DNA of 37,989 bases from Candidatus Woesearchaeota archaeon (GCA_043812195.1 JBDRML010000021.1:1-37989), one strand, 5' to 3'; shown: positions 1-10,482, counted from the first letter of the stretch. Made by a program: numbers and translations. Notes: generated by a model not told the origin, from the sequence alone.

Positions 1-40
1 ATTATTAAATAGATAATATATATTGTTACTATTTTAAAGT

Positions 41-107
41 TTCTATAGGAAGAGAAGGGGTAAAATGATTAAAATTTGAATAAGATGTATTCCATAGGAA
101 ATATAGG
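41..107 (+). promoter_or_regulatory. Two ORB-like origin recognition boxes (probable oriC, right edge)
   Basis: Direct repeats TTCTATAGGAAGAGAAGGGG (41-60) and TTCCATAGGAAATATAGG (90-107) resemble the archaeal ORB consensus (TTCCAnnGGAAA followed by a G-string). They sit in AT-rich DNA immediately upstream of orc1/cdc6-DP1-DP2, as in the Pyrococcus oriC layout. Confidence 0.6.
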
Positions 108-147
108 TCTCTGAGTGTATTTTGAAACATAAAAATGTTTATAATGA

Positions 148-1380
148 ATGAATTCTTTGAGTTTCAATATGGTTAAGACAAATATTAATAAATTTTTTCA
201 AGAATATATTTCTAAAGATCCTATCTTCAAAGATAAAAAAGTATTACAAGCAAGTTATACTCCAGATACTATACCTCATAGAGATACTCAAATAAATGAA
301 GTTGCAGCTATACTTGCGCCTGTTCTTAGAGGTGAGAAACCATCTAATTTGTTTTGTTATGGGAAAACTGGCACAGGAAAAACTTTATCAATACTTCATG
401 TAGGAGAAACACTGAAAAATATTTCTAAAGAAAAAAATCTTCCTTTAAAGTTTGTATATATTAATTGTAAACTTAAAAGAGTTGCAGATACGGAATATAG
501 GTTAATAGCAGCTTTGGCTAGAGAATTTGGTTTAAATGTTCCAATTACTGGGTTACCTACTGATGAAATTTATAGGATGTTTGTAAAAGAGATAGACAAA
601 AAAAATCTTATTGTCGTATTGATATTGGATGAAATAGATCAGATAGTGAAAAAAGCTGGTGATGAAATATTATACAATCTTACTAGGTTAAATGCTGAAT
701 TGAAGAATACACAAATAGCTTTTATTGGGATATCTAATGATTTGAGGTTTGCTAGTGATTTAGATCCAAGAGTCAAATCTTCTCTTGCTGAAGAAGATTT
801 GAATTTTCCATCTTATAATGCTCTTCAGTTACAAGATATTTTAAAACAAAGAGCAGATGTTGCTTTTAAAGACAATTCAATTTCTTCAGGAGTTATAGAA
901 AAATGTGCTGCATATGCTGCTCGTGAACATGGAGATGCAAGAAGAGCTTTAGACCTTTTGAGGGTTGCAGGAGAGTTAGCTGAGAGAGATAATTCAACAA
1001 GTGTTAATATAAAACATATAGATAATGCTGAAGAAAAAATAGAGAGAGATTTAATTGTTGAAGTTGTAAATACCTTACCACCACAATCTCAAGTTACTTT
1101 ATTGGCTATATTCAAATTATATGAAAAAAATAACGATAAGAAATTTTTTACTGGAGACGTATATGGAGTTTACAAAGAATTATGTTTGAATAGAGGATTA
1201 AAACCATTAACACAACGAAGACTTTCTGATTTAATAGCTGAGTTAGATATGATGGGAATAATAAATGCTAAAGTGATTAGTAAGGGAAGATATGGTAGGA
1301 CTAAAGAAATAGGTTTACCTATGCCCAATAGTAGTATATCTAGTTTAACAAAATTACTTACACAATGGCTGAACTTATAA
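148..1380 (+). CDS. cdc6: Orc1/Cdc6 replication initiator
   Basis: N-terminal YTPDTIPHR, Walker A GKTGTGKT, Walker B LILDEID, sensor GDARRALDLLR, winged-helix end GRYGRTK. The true start may be ATG 169, about 25 nt after the TTTATAA box at 138. Confidence 0.97.
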   Translation: MNSLSFNMVKTNINKFFQEYISKDPIFKDKKVLQASYTPDTIPHRDTQINEVAAILAPVLRGEKPSNLFCYGKTGTGKTLSILHVGETLKNISKEKNLPLKFVYINCKLKRVADTEYRLIAALAREFGLNVPITGLPTDEIYRMFVKEIDKKNLIVVLILDEIDQIVKKAGDEILYNLTRLNAELKNTQIAFIGISNDLRFASDLDPRVKSSLAEEDLNFPSYNALQLQDILKQRADVAFKDNSISSGVIEKCAAYAAREHGDARRALDLLRVAGELAERDNSTSVNIKHIDNAEEKIERDLIVEVVNTLPPQSQVTLLAIFKLYEKNNDKKFFTGDVYGVYKELCLNRGLKPLTQRRLSDLIAELDMMGIINAKVISKGRYGRTKEIGLPMPNSSISSLTKLLTQWLNL

Positions 1381-3011
1381 ATATCAAATTAAAGGAATTT
1401 TTAGACAAAGGCTTTCTGGTCAATCCAGATGTCTATAAAGTTCTAAAAAAAGATCCAACTATTTTGGATTCTATTGAATTGTTTCTTGGCAAAGAACATA
1501 GTCCATTAGTCGTAACTAAAGATTTGATAGAATTTTCTGAGAATGGAAATTCTGTTTCTATTAATTGGTTGGATTTTGAGAAAGCAAGAGTTTTGTATGA
1601 AAAAAAGAAGGATGTAAAAGTTTACAAAACATTTTTAGATATTTTGAATTACGGTGAAAAGAAGGAAAAGTTTGACAGATTGCTGGAAGAAGTTTCAAAA
1701 CCTGTTAAAGCTATAGAACTTGAAGAAGAAAAATCTGAATGTGTTGAAAGTTCTGTCATTGTTCTTAAACAATATAAAGATGAAATTAAAGAAAGAGAAG
1801 TTCAAGATTTTGTGCAATATTATAAAATAAGGTATGGGTTTTTGAGCAAAATATTAAAACAGAGAATAGAATTAAAAGATGTCATTTCAATAAATAGGCT
1901 TAAAAATAAATTTGAAAAAGATAAGGTTTCTTTAATTGGTTTAGTGTCTAAAATAGAGAAGACTAAGAATAATAATGTAATGGTGACTTTAGAAGATTTT
2001 ACGGGAATTATTAAGGTTCTTATTAATAATAATAAAAAAGAGCTTTATGATCTTGCACAATATTTAGTTCATGATGAAGTTATTGGAATAACTGGAAATA
2101 TTGGAAATAATATAGTTTTTGTTAATGAACTATTTTATCCTGATGTTCCAATTGGTGAAAGTATTAAAAAATGTGATGATGATGTTCATGCAGTATTTAT
2201 TTCAGATTTTCATGTTGGCTCTAAATATTTTTTAGAGGAACCTTTATTTAGATTTATAAGATGGATTAATATGGAAACTGGAACGCATGAGCAAAAAGAA
2301 GTTGCTAAAAAAATTAAATATTTAATTATTGCGGGGGATTTGGTTGAAGGTATAGGTATTTATCCTGGTCAGATGGATGATTTAATTATTTCAGATATTT
2401 ATGATCAATACAATAAGTTTGCAGAATATATAAAATTGATTAGAAAAGATATCCAAATAATTGTTTGTCCAGGTAATCATGATGCATCACGTCTTGCAGA
2501 ACCTCAACCATTGTTGGATAAAGAAATGACTAAATCTTTGTGGGAAATACCTAATGTAACTGTTGTTACTAATCCTTCTTGGGTGAATATACATTCTAGT
2601 AAAGATTTTTCTGGGTTTGATGTCTTGATTTATCATGGGTTCAGTTATGATTATTATGCAGATAAAGTTGAAGCGATTCGCTTACAATGTCCGGAGGTAA
2701 GTAAACGTTATGAACAGGTTATGAAACTATTGTTAAAAAAGAGACATCTTGCACCATCTCATGAATCTACTTTAACCATACCAGATCCAAAACAAGATTT
2801 TTTAATTATAGAAAAAGTTCCTGATTTTTTTATATCTGGACATGTCCATAATGTTTCAGTACTTCAGTATGGTAAAACTACAAATATAATTTCAGGTAGT
2901 TGGATATCTCAGACACCATACCAAGATAAATTTGGTCATGTTTGTCAGCCCGGAAGGGTTCCAGTTGTTAATCTAAAAACAAGGGAAGCGAAGGTGATGA
3001 AATTTGTCTAA
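1365..3011 (+). CDS. polB: DNA polymerase D small subunit DP1 (proofreading exonuclease)
   Basis: OB domain plus calcineurin-like phosphoesterase motifs SDFHVGS, GDLVEG, PGNHD, YHG, GHVH; located between cdc6 and DP2. Confidence 0.95.
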   Translation: MAELINIKLKEFLDKGFLVNPDVYKVLKKDPTILDSIELFLGKEHSPLVVTKDLIEFSENGNSVSINWLDFEKARVLYEKKKDVKVYKTFLDILNYGEKKEKFDRLLEEVSKPVKAIELEEEKSECVESSVIVLKQYKDEIKEREVQDFVQYYKIRYGFLSKILKQRIELKDVISINRLKNKFEKDKVSLIGLVSKIEKTKNNNVMVTLEDFTGIIKVLINNNKKELYDLAQYLVHDEVIGITGNIGNNIVFVNELFYPDVPIGESIKKCDDDVHAVFISDFHVGSKYFLEEPLFRFIRWINMETGTHEQKEVAKKIKYLIIAGDLVEGIGIYPGQMDDLIISDIYDQYNKFAEYIKLIRKDIQIIVCPGNHDASRLAEPQPLLDKEMTKSLWEIPNVTVVTNPSWVNIHSSKDFSGFDVLIYHGFSYDYYADKVEAIRLQCPEVSKRYEQVMKLLLKKRHLAPSHESTLTIPDPKQDFLIIEKVPDFFISGHVHNVSVLQYGKTTNIISGSWISQTPYQDKFGHVCQPGRVPVVNLKTREAKVMKFV

Positions 3012-6000
3012 TGTTACGATGAGCAAGGAGATTGAAAGTTATTTTGATGAGATAAACGCTAAAGTTACTAAGGCATATAGTGTTGCTAACAATGCTAGGG
3101 CAAAAGGTTTTGATCCTTCTAAAGAAGTTGAAATACCTATTGCGAAAGATATGGCTGAAAGAGTAGAGAAGTTAATTGGTGTTGTTGCTCCTCAGATTGT
3201 TGGAAAAGGTATTCCTGAAAGGATAGTTGAACTTGAATCCGAATATGGAAAATTAGATTGGAGAGTTGCTTTAAGTGTTTCATTAGAAGTTGCTAATGGA
3301 AAATTTTGTAAATTTGAAAATAATTTAGATGCTATAAATACAGGTATTAGAATTGGAATTGCATATGTTACTAATGGTGTTGTGGCAAGTCCTTTGGAAG
3401 GATTTATTGGTGTTGATATTAGAAAAAGAAGAGATGGTGGTGAATATTTTGCAGCTAAGTATTCTGGTCCTATAAGAAGTGCTGGTGGTACTGGTGCAGC
3501 TGTTAGTGCTTTAATTGTAGATTATGTTAGAAAAAATTTAGGATATGAGTTATATGATCCTAGTGAGAAAGAGATAAAGAGAGCTTATACTGAACTAAGT
3601 GATTATCATGAACGTGTAACTAATCTTCAGTATTTTCCATCTGAAGAAGAAACAACTTTTTTTGTAGATAATATGCCAATACAAATTGATGGAGATCCTT
3701 CTGAAAAAATGGAAGTTTCTAATTATAAAGATTTAGATAGGATTGAAACTAATCGTGTTAGGAGTGGTTTTTGTCTTATGTTAGGAGAGGGATTAACTCA
3801 AAAAGCTCCTAAGTTATGGAAACAAATATCTAAATGGGGCAAAGATTTTGGAATGGAAGATTGGAATTTTTTAGATAAGTTTGTAGATTTACAGAAAAAA
3901 GTAAAAGCTAAGCAAAAAACAGGTTCAAAAGAGTCTGATTTAAAAGTTAAACCAGACTATACATTTATCAAAGATCTTGTTGCAGGTAGACCTATTATAG
4001 GACATCCTCTTGCAGACGGGTGTCTAAGGTTAAGATATGGTAGGGCACGAAATACTGGTCTAAGTAGTTGTGCAATTCATCCTGCTACTATGGTTGTTTT
4101 AGATAATTATATTGCAATAGGAACTCAGCTAAAGTGGGAGAGACCTAGTAAGGGAACTGCGTTGAGTGTTTGTGATTATTTAGAAGGTCCAATAGTTAAA
4201 TTGAAATCTGGTGAAGTTTTATTTTTAGATGAAAATAATGCTAAAAAACATTTAGAAGATATTTCTGAAATACTTTTTTTGGGTGATGCATTGGTTCCTT
4301 ATGGTGATTTTTTGAATAGAGCGCATGTTTTGGTTCCTCCTGGATATTGTGAAGAGTGGTGGATAAAAGAAGTTAAAGAAAAATGTGGTTCGCCTGAAGA
4401 GATTTCTAAAATAACAGGATTGGATTTATTATTTATTAAGAAACTTGTTAATAATCCTATTAAGACTAAGATTTCTGCTAAAGATGCTCTTATTATTTCC
4501 AATAAAATGAATGTCCCGTTACATCCTAAATATATCTTTCATTGGAAAGATATAAATCAAAAAAAGTTTTTAGTTTTATTAGGTTGGTTACTTAGAGCAG
4601 TCATAGATAAAGATAGTCCTGTCAAAATAGTTTTACCGTTGACTTATCGTGCTGAAGGTGAAGATATTGAACCTAAAAGAGTTTTGGAATTGCTTGGTGT
4701 TCCTCATAGCGTATTTTCTAATGAATATGTTATAATTGAAAAAGATTGGGCAGTTGCTTTTATGGCTAATTTAGGTTTTTATGAGAAAGAGGTTAATTTT
4801 AAAGAAGTGATTAAACAAATTTCTGAAGGTGAGGAAGTTCTGAAGAGTGTAAATAAACTTTCTGGTGTTGTTATTAAAGATAAAAGTGGAGTTTATATTG
4901 GTGCTAGGATGGGGCGTCCTGAAAAAGCTAAAATAAGAAAAATGACTGGAAGTCCACATGTTTTATTTCCTGTTGGCGAAGAAGGCGGAAGGTTAAGATG
5001 TTTTCAATCTGCCTTGGAGGCTGGAAAAATTAGTGCAGAATTTCCTAATCATTTTTGTTCTAATTGTAATCAAGAGAGTATATATTCTGTTTGCGAGAAT
5101 TGTGGTGGCGAAACTAATTTGAAATATCATTGTTATCAATGCAATAAATTTTTAGATTCTGATATTTGCTCTATGCATGGGGAAACTAAATCTTATTCAA
5201 CTAGAGAAATTGATATAAATAAATATTGGAGAGATATTCAAAAAAAGTTTAAGCTTAGTGAGATGCCTGCTCTTGTTAAGGGTATTAGGGGAACTTCTAA
5301 TATAAATCATATTCCTGAACATCTTGCAAAGGGAGTGCTTAGAGCTATTCATGGGTTGAATGTAAATAAAGATGGAACTATAAGATATGATTCAACAGAA
5401 ATGCCTTTGACACATTTTAAACCTAAAGAAATTGGTACTGATGTGAAGAAGTTAAAAGAGCTCGGATATCTTTGTGATATTTATGGTGATGAATTAAGTG
5501 ATGATAATCAAATATTAGAATTGAAACCTCAAGATGTTGTCTTGCCAGCATGTAATGAGGCTAGTGAAGAAGGTAGTGATGATATCTTATTTAGAACTGC
5601 TAATTTTATTGATGATTTATTGGAACATTTTTATAGTTTAGATAGGTTTTACAAATTAAATAGTAAGGAAGATTTGATAGGACATTTAGTTGTTGCAATA
5701 GCTCCACACATTTCTGCTGGATTTTTGTCTAGAATTATTGGATTTTCAAATACTCAATGTTTTTATGCGCATCCAATGATGCATTGTGCTGTTCGGAGAG
5801 ATTGTGATGGTGATGAGGTTGCTGTTATTTTTTTAATGGATGCACTGATTAATTTTTCTAGGAAATACTTGCCTTCACATAGGGGGGCTAGACAGGATGC
5901 TCCTTTAGTTATAACTCCTATTGTTACACCTTCTGAAGTTGATGATATGGTATTTGATATGGATGTTGTGTGGGATTATCCATTAGAATTTTATAAGGCA

Positions 6001-6552
6001 TGTGAGGAATATAAGATGCCTTGGGATGTCAAGATAGAGAAATTTGGAGATAGGTTAGGAACTGTTAATCAATATGAAAAACAAGGATTTACACATAATG
6101 TTAGTAATATCAATTTAGGTAGTGTGTATAGTGCATATAAAAAGTTACCAACTATGAAGGAAAAAGTAGTGGGACAAATGAAACTTGCTGAAAGAATTCG
6201 AGCTGTAAATGAACATGATGTTGCTAGACTTGTTATTGATAGACATTTTATTAGAGACATTAAAGGTAATTTGAGAAAATTTAGTATGCAGCAATTTAGA
6301 TGTGTTAGTTGTAATGAAAAATATAGAAGACCTCCTTTAGCTGGCACTTGTTTAAAATGTAAAGGTAAATTAATATTTACAATCTCTGCTGGATCTGTGT
6401 TGAAATATTTGGAACCTACTTTAGATTTGGCTAGAAATTATGAATTGGGTCCTTATATGCAACAGACTTTGCAATTATTACAGCAAAGGATTTATAGTGT
6501 ATTTGGAAAAGATCCTGATAGACAAGAAGGTTTGACTAAATGGTTTGCATAA
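3004..6552 (+). CDS. polC: DNA polymerase D large subunit DP2
   Basis: Motifs GPIRSAGGT, RLRYGRARN, GARMGRPEKA, catalytic RRDCDGDE, Cys zinc fingers and a C-terminal PIP-box-like QEGLTKWF. No intein visible. Start could be ATG 3019. Confidence 0.97.
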   Translation: MSNVTMSKEIESYFDEINAKVTKAYSVANNARAKGFDPSKEVEIPIAKDMAERVEKLIGVVAPQIVGKGIPERIVELESEYGKLDWRVALSVSLEVANGKFCKFENNLDAINTGIRIGIAYVTNGVVASPLEGFIGVDIRKRRDGGEYFAAKYSGPIRSAGGTGAAVSALIVDYVRKNLGYELYDPSEKEIKRAYTELSDYHERVTNLQYFPSEEETTFFVDNMPIQIDGDPSEKMEVSNYKDLDRIETNRVRSGFCLMLGEGLTQKAPKLWKQISKWGKDFGMEDWNFLDKFVDLQKKVKAKQKTGSKESDLKVKPDYTFIKDLVAGRPIIGHPLADGCLRLRYGRARNTGLSSCAIHPATMVVLDNYIAIGTQLKWERPSKGTALSVCDYLEGPIVKLKSGEVLFLDENNAKKHLEDISEILFLGDALVPYGDFLNRAHVLVPPGYCEEWWIKEVKEKCGSPEEISKITGLDLLFIKKLVNNPIKTKISAKDALIISNKMNVPLHPKYIFHWKDINQKKFLVLLGWLLRAVIDKDSPVKIVLPLTYRAEGEDIEPKRVLELLGVPHSVFSNEYVIIEKDWAVAFMANLGFYEKEVNFKEVIKQISEGEEVLKSVNKLSGVVIKDKSGVYIGARMGRPEKAKIRKMTGSPHVLFPVGEEGGRLRCFQSALEAGKISAEFPNHFCSNCNQESIYSVCENCGGETNLKYHCYQCNKFLDSDICSMHGETKSYSTREIDINKYWRDIQKKFKLSEMPALVKGIRGTSNINHIPEHLAKGVLRAIHGLNVNKDGTIRYDSTEMPLTHFKPKEIGTDVKKLKELGYLCDIYGDELSDDNQILELKPQDVVLPACNEASEEGSDDILFRTANFIDDLLEHFYSLDRFYKLNSKEDLIGHLVVAIAPHISAGFLSRIIGFSNTQCFYAHPMMHCAVRRDCDGDEVAVIFLMDALINFSRKYLPSHRGARQDAPLVITPIVTPSEVDDMVFDMDVVWDYPLEFYKACEEYKMPWDVKIEKFGDRLGTVNQYEKQGFTHNVSNINLGSVYSAYKKLPTMKEKVVGQMKLAERIRAVNEHDVARLVIDRHFIRDIKGNLRKFSMQQFRCVSCNEKYRRPPLAGTCLKCKGKLIFTISAGSVLKYLEPTLDLARNYELGPYMQQTLQLLQQRIYSVFGKDPDRQEGLTKWFA

Positions 6553-6670
6553 TATCTAAATTTCTTATAAAAAAGAAATTATTGGATTAATTTCTGAGTT
6601 TATTAATATATATATTACTTAAAAATTATATCTTATTTGCTAAAATTATAAAAAGAAGTAAGTTGGATTC

Positions 6671-7498
6671 TTGTTTTTAATGGAAAACATTCATGATTAC
6701 AATACAATTATAAAACAGATGCGCTCTTTTTTTCAGGATGAAAAAGGCTTTGCTGAAATCCCAGCACAATCAAGGTTATCTATTCTTGCAGCATGTGAAG
6801 ATCCTAAAACAATTTCACAATTTGTTTTTAGTGGAATGAATTACCCATTGCCACAGACAGGCCAGATGTGGTTAGAATATGAATTATTAAAGAATAAAGA
6901 ATTAAATGGTGTATTTTGTCAGACAACTAGTTATAGGAATGAACCAAATCCTATTCCTGGGAGACATGATAAGATATTTCCTATGTTTGAATTTGAATCT
7001 AAAGGAGATATTAAAAAACTTAAAGAATTAGAAAAAGAATTACTTAATTTTTTTGGATTTCCTGAACCTATAAGTTTATTATATGAAAATATGTGTACCT
7101 GTTTTAATACAGATACTTTGGAATCAGAGCATGAAGAAATGATGTATAGACAGTTTGGATCATCAATTAGCTTAGAGATGTTTCCGCAAAGAACACACCC
7201 ATTTTGGAATATGAAACATGGTAAAAATGGAGTTTTTAATAAAGTTGATGTTTTATTGTATGGAATGGAGACAATAGGTAGTGCTGAGAGGTCTACAAAC
7301 ATTGAAGAAATGTATAAAAATTTTTTATCAATATCTGATGGTCAATATAGCAAATTATTATTTAATCAGTTTGGTCAAAAGAGAGTTATGGAAGAACTTG
7401 AAAATTATTTATCTTTACCAATGTTTAAAAGGTATGGTGGAGGAATTGGAATAACAAGAATGGCTAGGGCGATGAGGTTGCATGGTCTGATTAGATAG
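6671..7498 (+). CDS. Class IIb aminoacyl-tRNA synthetase paralog (Asn/AspRS-like catalytic core only; possible archaeal-type asparagine synthetase)
   Basis: LPQTGQMWLE, motif 2 SYRNE..RH..FPMFEFE, ETIGSAER and motif 3 GGGIGITRM. Only 275 aa with no N-terminal anticodon-binding OB domain. Confidence 0.8.
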   Translation: MFLMENIHDYNTIIKQMRSFFQDEKGFAEIPAQSRLSILAACEDPKTISQFVFSGMNYPLPQTGQMWLEYELLKNKELNGVFCQTTSYRNEPNPIPGRHDKIFPMFEFESKGDIKKLKELEKELLNFFGFPEPISLLYENMCTCFNTDTLESEHEEMMYRQFGSSISLEMFPQRTHPFWNMKHGKNGVFNKVDVLLYGMETIGSAERSTNIEEMYKNFLSISDGQYSKLLFNQFGQKRVMEELENYLSLPMFKRYGGGIGITRMARAMRLHGLIR

Positions 7499-7544
7499 TT
7501 TTAAATATCAATGATATTGTATTGCATATTGAGGTGATAAAAAT

Positions 7545-7715
7545 ATGAAAGCAAAATGGAAACAGTTTTGGCTTTTTATTGGCTTGCTTGGTTATGGAAT
7601 TACAATAATAAATGCAGCAGGTCGTTATGGTTCTATAAATTATAATTTAGTTTGGTTATTAGTTTTAGTTATAAGTTCGGTTTTGATTACTTTGTCTTTA
7701 ACACCTAATAAATAA
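7545..7715 (+). CDS. Small 2-TM hypothetical protein (56 aa, not in ORF track)
   Basis: Translated by hand: MKAKWKQFWLFIGLLGYGITIINAAGRYGSINYNLVWLLVLVISSVLITLSLTPNK*. Strong SD GAGGTG at 7531-7536; fills the intergenic gap. Confidence 0.7.
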   Translation: MKAKWKQFWLFIGLLGYGITIINAAGRYGSINYNLVWLLVLVISSVLITLSLTPNK

Positions 7716-7718
7716 ATC

Positions 7719-8918
7719 TTAGATGAAATATAAAATAACTGGCAATAATAAACATCCCATTAAATGATTTCTTCCTATTCCTAATTCTGCTGGTACTATT
7801 CCTAAAGCTGTTGATCCTAATAAAACTAATAGGCCCCAAGGACCTGAAATTATTGCAACTAGAATTGTGATTAAAACTATAACTGATATACAAATTACTG
7901 CGTAATTTACTTTGGACATTAATTTTGCAAAGAGTTTAGAAAGATTTATTGTAAGGAAAGTTGCTATTCCTGCTACTACTAATGCTACTCCGAAAAATAA
8001 AACTAAGTTATTTAATGTAAATTTATCTAATAATTCTGATACCGCAACTATAGCACCATTTCTTGCTTTGTCTATAATATATAATCCTATAAAACTTAAA
8101 ACCATGTTTACAGTGTTCAATCCACCTACTAGAATTAAGAATCCTTCAGATTTTAAGTTTCTAGTTAATTGAGATCCTAATATTGCTGCTTGGGCTGGAC
8201 CTAGGCCTGGTAGAAATGAACAAAGTCCTCCTGCTGCTAGAGATGATGAAAGTGCTTTGAATGTAGTTTTTTTATCTATAGTAAAATCTTTTATTTTTTG
8301 TTTTGGAATATTTACTTTTTGTAATAAACTTATTGATAACATGCTTACTCCAAATAAACCAGATAATAAAGGGAAAAGGGGGGAATTTAAATTTGGCATG
8401 TTTAAGACAGCTAATCCAAGAGTTCCTGCATAGATAAAAATTATTAGAGCCCATATTCTTGATTTTCTCTCTTTGAAAATTAAAAAACTAGATGCTAATA
8501 TTAATATATAACCCATTACTTTAGATAAGATTGGATAAACTTTTCCTACTATTATCATAATCAATGGGGAAAATATTATTGCAAGAATTAAAGAGAATAA
8601 ACTTCCTATTAATGTAAGTATTATTGCTTTGTGTCCGTTACCTTTTAATAACATTTTATGTCCAGGTAGGACTGATAGTGCAGTTTCTGATTCTGGTGCA
8701 CCTAAAAATACTGAAGGAATAGTATCTAAGAACGTGTGTGTTATTGCCATTGAAATTATGAATATTGCTATTATTAATGGAGTTGTTATTTGAAGGAGTG
8801 TAGCTGAAAAACTTATGACAAGAATTGATACGAGGTTAATATGGATTCCAGGTATTAATCCTGTGAATATACCGAATGTACAACCAATCAAAATAGCTAA
8901 AAATATTTCTAAAAGCAT
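7719..8918 (-). CDS. Tripartite tricarboxylate transporter TctA-like permease (archaeal DUF112 type)
   Basis: Multi-TM protein with signature GLIPGIHIN and HTFLDTIPSVFLGAP..SVLPGH..G.G; the internal repeat FLPGLG recurs in the second half. Confidence 0.85.
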   Translation of the reverse strand: MLLEIFLAILIGCTFGIFTGLIPGIHINLVSILVISFSATLLQITTPLIIAIFIISMAITHTFLDTIPSVFLGAPESETALSVLPGHKMLLKGNGHKAIILTLIGSLFSLILAIIFSPLIMIIVGKVYPILSKVMGYILILASSFLIFKERKSRIWALIIFIYAGTLGLAVLNMPNLNSPLFPLLSGLFGVSMLSISLLQKVNIPKQKIKDFTIDKKTTFKALSSSLAAGGLCSFLPGLGPAQAAILGSQLTRNLKSEGFLILVGGLNTVNMVLSFIGLYIIDKARNGAIVAVSELLDKFTLNNLVLFFGVALVVAGIATFLTINLSKLFAKLMSKVNYAVICISVIVLITILVAIISGPWGLLVLLGSTALGIVPAELGIGRNHLMGCLLLPVILYFI

Positions 8919-8948
8919 TGATTTAGGAATTGATTAGAGTTTAAAACT

Positions 8949-9308
8949 TTATCTTCCTATTATATTTGAAATTTCTATTTCTAATTCACCTTGATATTCT
9001 ATTATTTCTCCTTCTATTTCAATAGTTTGACCTTCAATTAAATCTAATTCGTCTTTTGTGAAAAAGATAGCTGTTATTTTTCCAGTATTATCTTCTATAT
9101 TCATTATTGCTAATTCCTCTGTTTGTGTTAATCTTGTTAATGTCCCTGCTATTTTAACATTTTCTCCTATGCTTTCTTTAGTGATGCTGGTTATATTTGT
9201 TATTTCTGAATCTTGGTTTAGTATTGGAATGTGTTGAACACTTAGAATTATGAAAATACCTATTATTGAACAAATTAAGGCAGTTATTAATAAATTTTTT
9301 TCTTTCAA
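8949..9308 (-). CDS. Membrane-anchored OB-fold protein
   Basis: N-terminal TM helix, then an OB-fold pattern (VKIAG..IEDNTGKITA..IEIEGEIIEYQGELEI). TTG start. Confidence 0.75.
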   Translation of the reverse strand: MKEKNLLITALICSIIGIFIILSVQHIPILNQDSEITNITSITKESIGENVKIAGTLTRLTQTEELAIMNIEDNTGKITAIFFTKDELDLIEGQTIEIEGEIIEYQGELEIEISNIIGR

Positions 9309-9363
9309 ATTTAATTTAAGGGAGAGTAAGGCTTATATATAAATTCTATCTTACTAAAATTTA

Positions 9364-10482
9364 ATGGATGTGGCTGTAAGAAAAGAGGAGGTGAGCACTA
9401 GTTCTCTCTATGAAGAAAATAAAAAACTTAGAGAAACTGTTTATAGTTTAAAGAAAGAGATGGATGCGTTTAAAGAGCCACCACTTTTGTTGTGTGAATT
9501 GGTTAAACATCTTGGTAATAAAGCTGTAATTAAATTGCCTAATGGAAATAATTTTTTAGTTAATATTGCTCCTAGTGTTTCTAATAAAGTTAAACAAGCT
9601 GATCGTGTTTTGGTTGAGCAAAAATCTTTAGCTATTGTAGATAGGTTTGAATCTATGAAAGAATTTAATGTTGAGAATTTTGTTATAATTGATAAACCTG
9701 ACATGAGTTGGTCTAATATTGGTGGTCTTGCTGAACAGGCTAGAGAGATATATGAAGTTATTGAATTACCCTTGAAGAAACCTGAGTTGTTTAAAAAAAT
9801 AGGAATTCATCCTCCTAAAGGAATATTGTTGTATGGTCCTAGTGGGACTGGTAAAACTATTTTAGCTAAAGCAGTTGCAGCAAGTACTAATTCAACTTTT
9901 ATTGAGATAGTTGGGGGTGAGTTAGTTCAGAAGTTTATTGGGGAAGGTTCTAAATTAGTTAAGGATATTTTTAAATTAGCTAGAGAAAGGGGTCCATCCA
10001 TAATTTTTATTGATGAGCTTGATTCTATTGCTGCAGAGAGATTAGATATTGGAACTAGTGGCGAGAGAGAAGTTCAAAGAACTTTTATGCAGTTGTTGAG
10101 TGAGATTGATGGTTTTGATCATTTGGGTAATGTAAAAATAATTGGTGCTACAAATAGAATTGATATTTTAGATAATGCAATTTTAAGACCTGGCCGGTTA
10201 GATAGACTTATTCATATTCCTTTGCCTAATTGGGAGGGTAGAACTGAAATTTTAAAAATACATTCTAGAGATATGAATTTAATAGAAGTTGATTTAAGTA
10301 AAATAGCTGAATTGACTGAGGGTTTTTCTGGTGCAGATTTAAAATCTGTTTGTACAGAAGCTGGATATTTTGTTATGAGGGAAAAAAGAACAGAGACTGA
10401 ATTGAAGGATTTTTTAAGGGCTATTGATAAAGTTAAGCAACAAGAGGAAAAAGATTTAACTCATAGAGATATGTTTGGGTAA
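9364..10482 (+). CDS. pan: Proteasome-activating nucleotidase
   Basis: N-terminal coiled coil and OB domain, PPKGILLYGPSGTGKT, FIDELD, SRH ATNRIDILDNAILRPGRLDR, C-terminal MFG (HbYX-like). Confidence 0.95.
   Translation: MDVAVRKEEVSTSSLYEENKKLRETVYSLKKEMDAFKEPPLLLCELVKHLGNKAVIKLPNGNNFLVNIAPSVSNKVKQADRVLVEQKSLAIVDRFESMKEFNVENFVIIDKPDMSWSNIGGLAEQAREIYEVIELPLKKPELFKKIGIHPPKGILLYGPSGTGKTILAKAVAASTNSTFIEIVGGELVQKFIGEGSKLVKDIFKLARERGPSIIFIDELDSIAAERLDIGTSGEREVQRTFMQLLSEIDGFDHLGNVKIIGATNRIDILDNAILRPGRLDRLIHIPLPNWEGRTEILKIHSRDMNLIEVDLSKIAELTEGFSGADLKSVCTEAGYFVMREKRTETELKDFLRAIDKVKQQEEKDLTHRDMFG

Noticed and set aside
3004-6552. Intein in DP2
   Set aside because: Length is normal, the RRDCDGDE region is continuous and no splicing blocks are present.
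6671-9308. Idea that the OB-fold gene (8949-9308) is the split-off anticodon domain of the AsnRS-like protein
   Set aside because: It is on the opposite strand, separated by other genes and carries an N-terminal membrane anchor.
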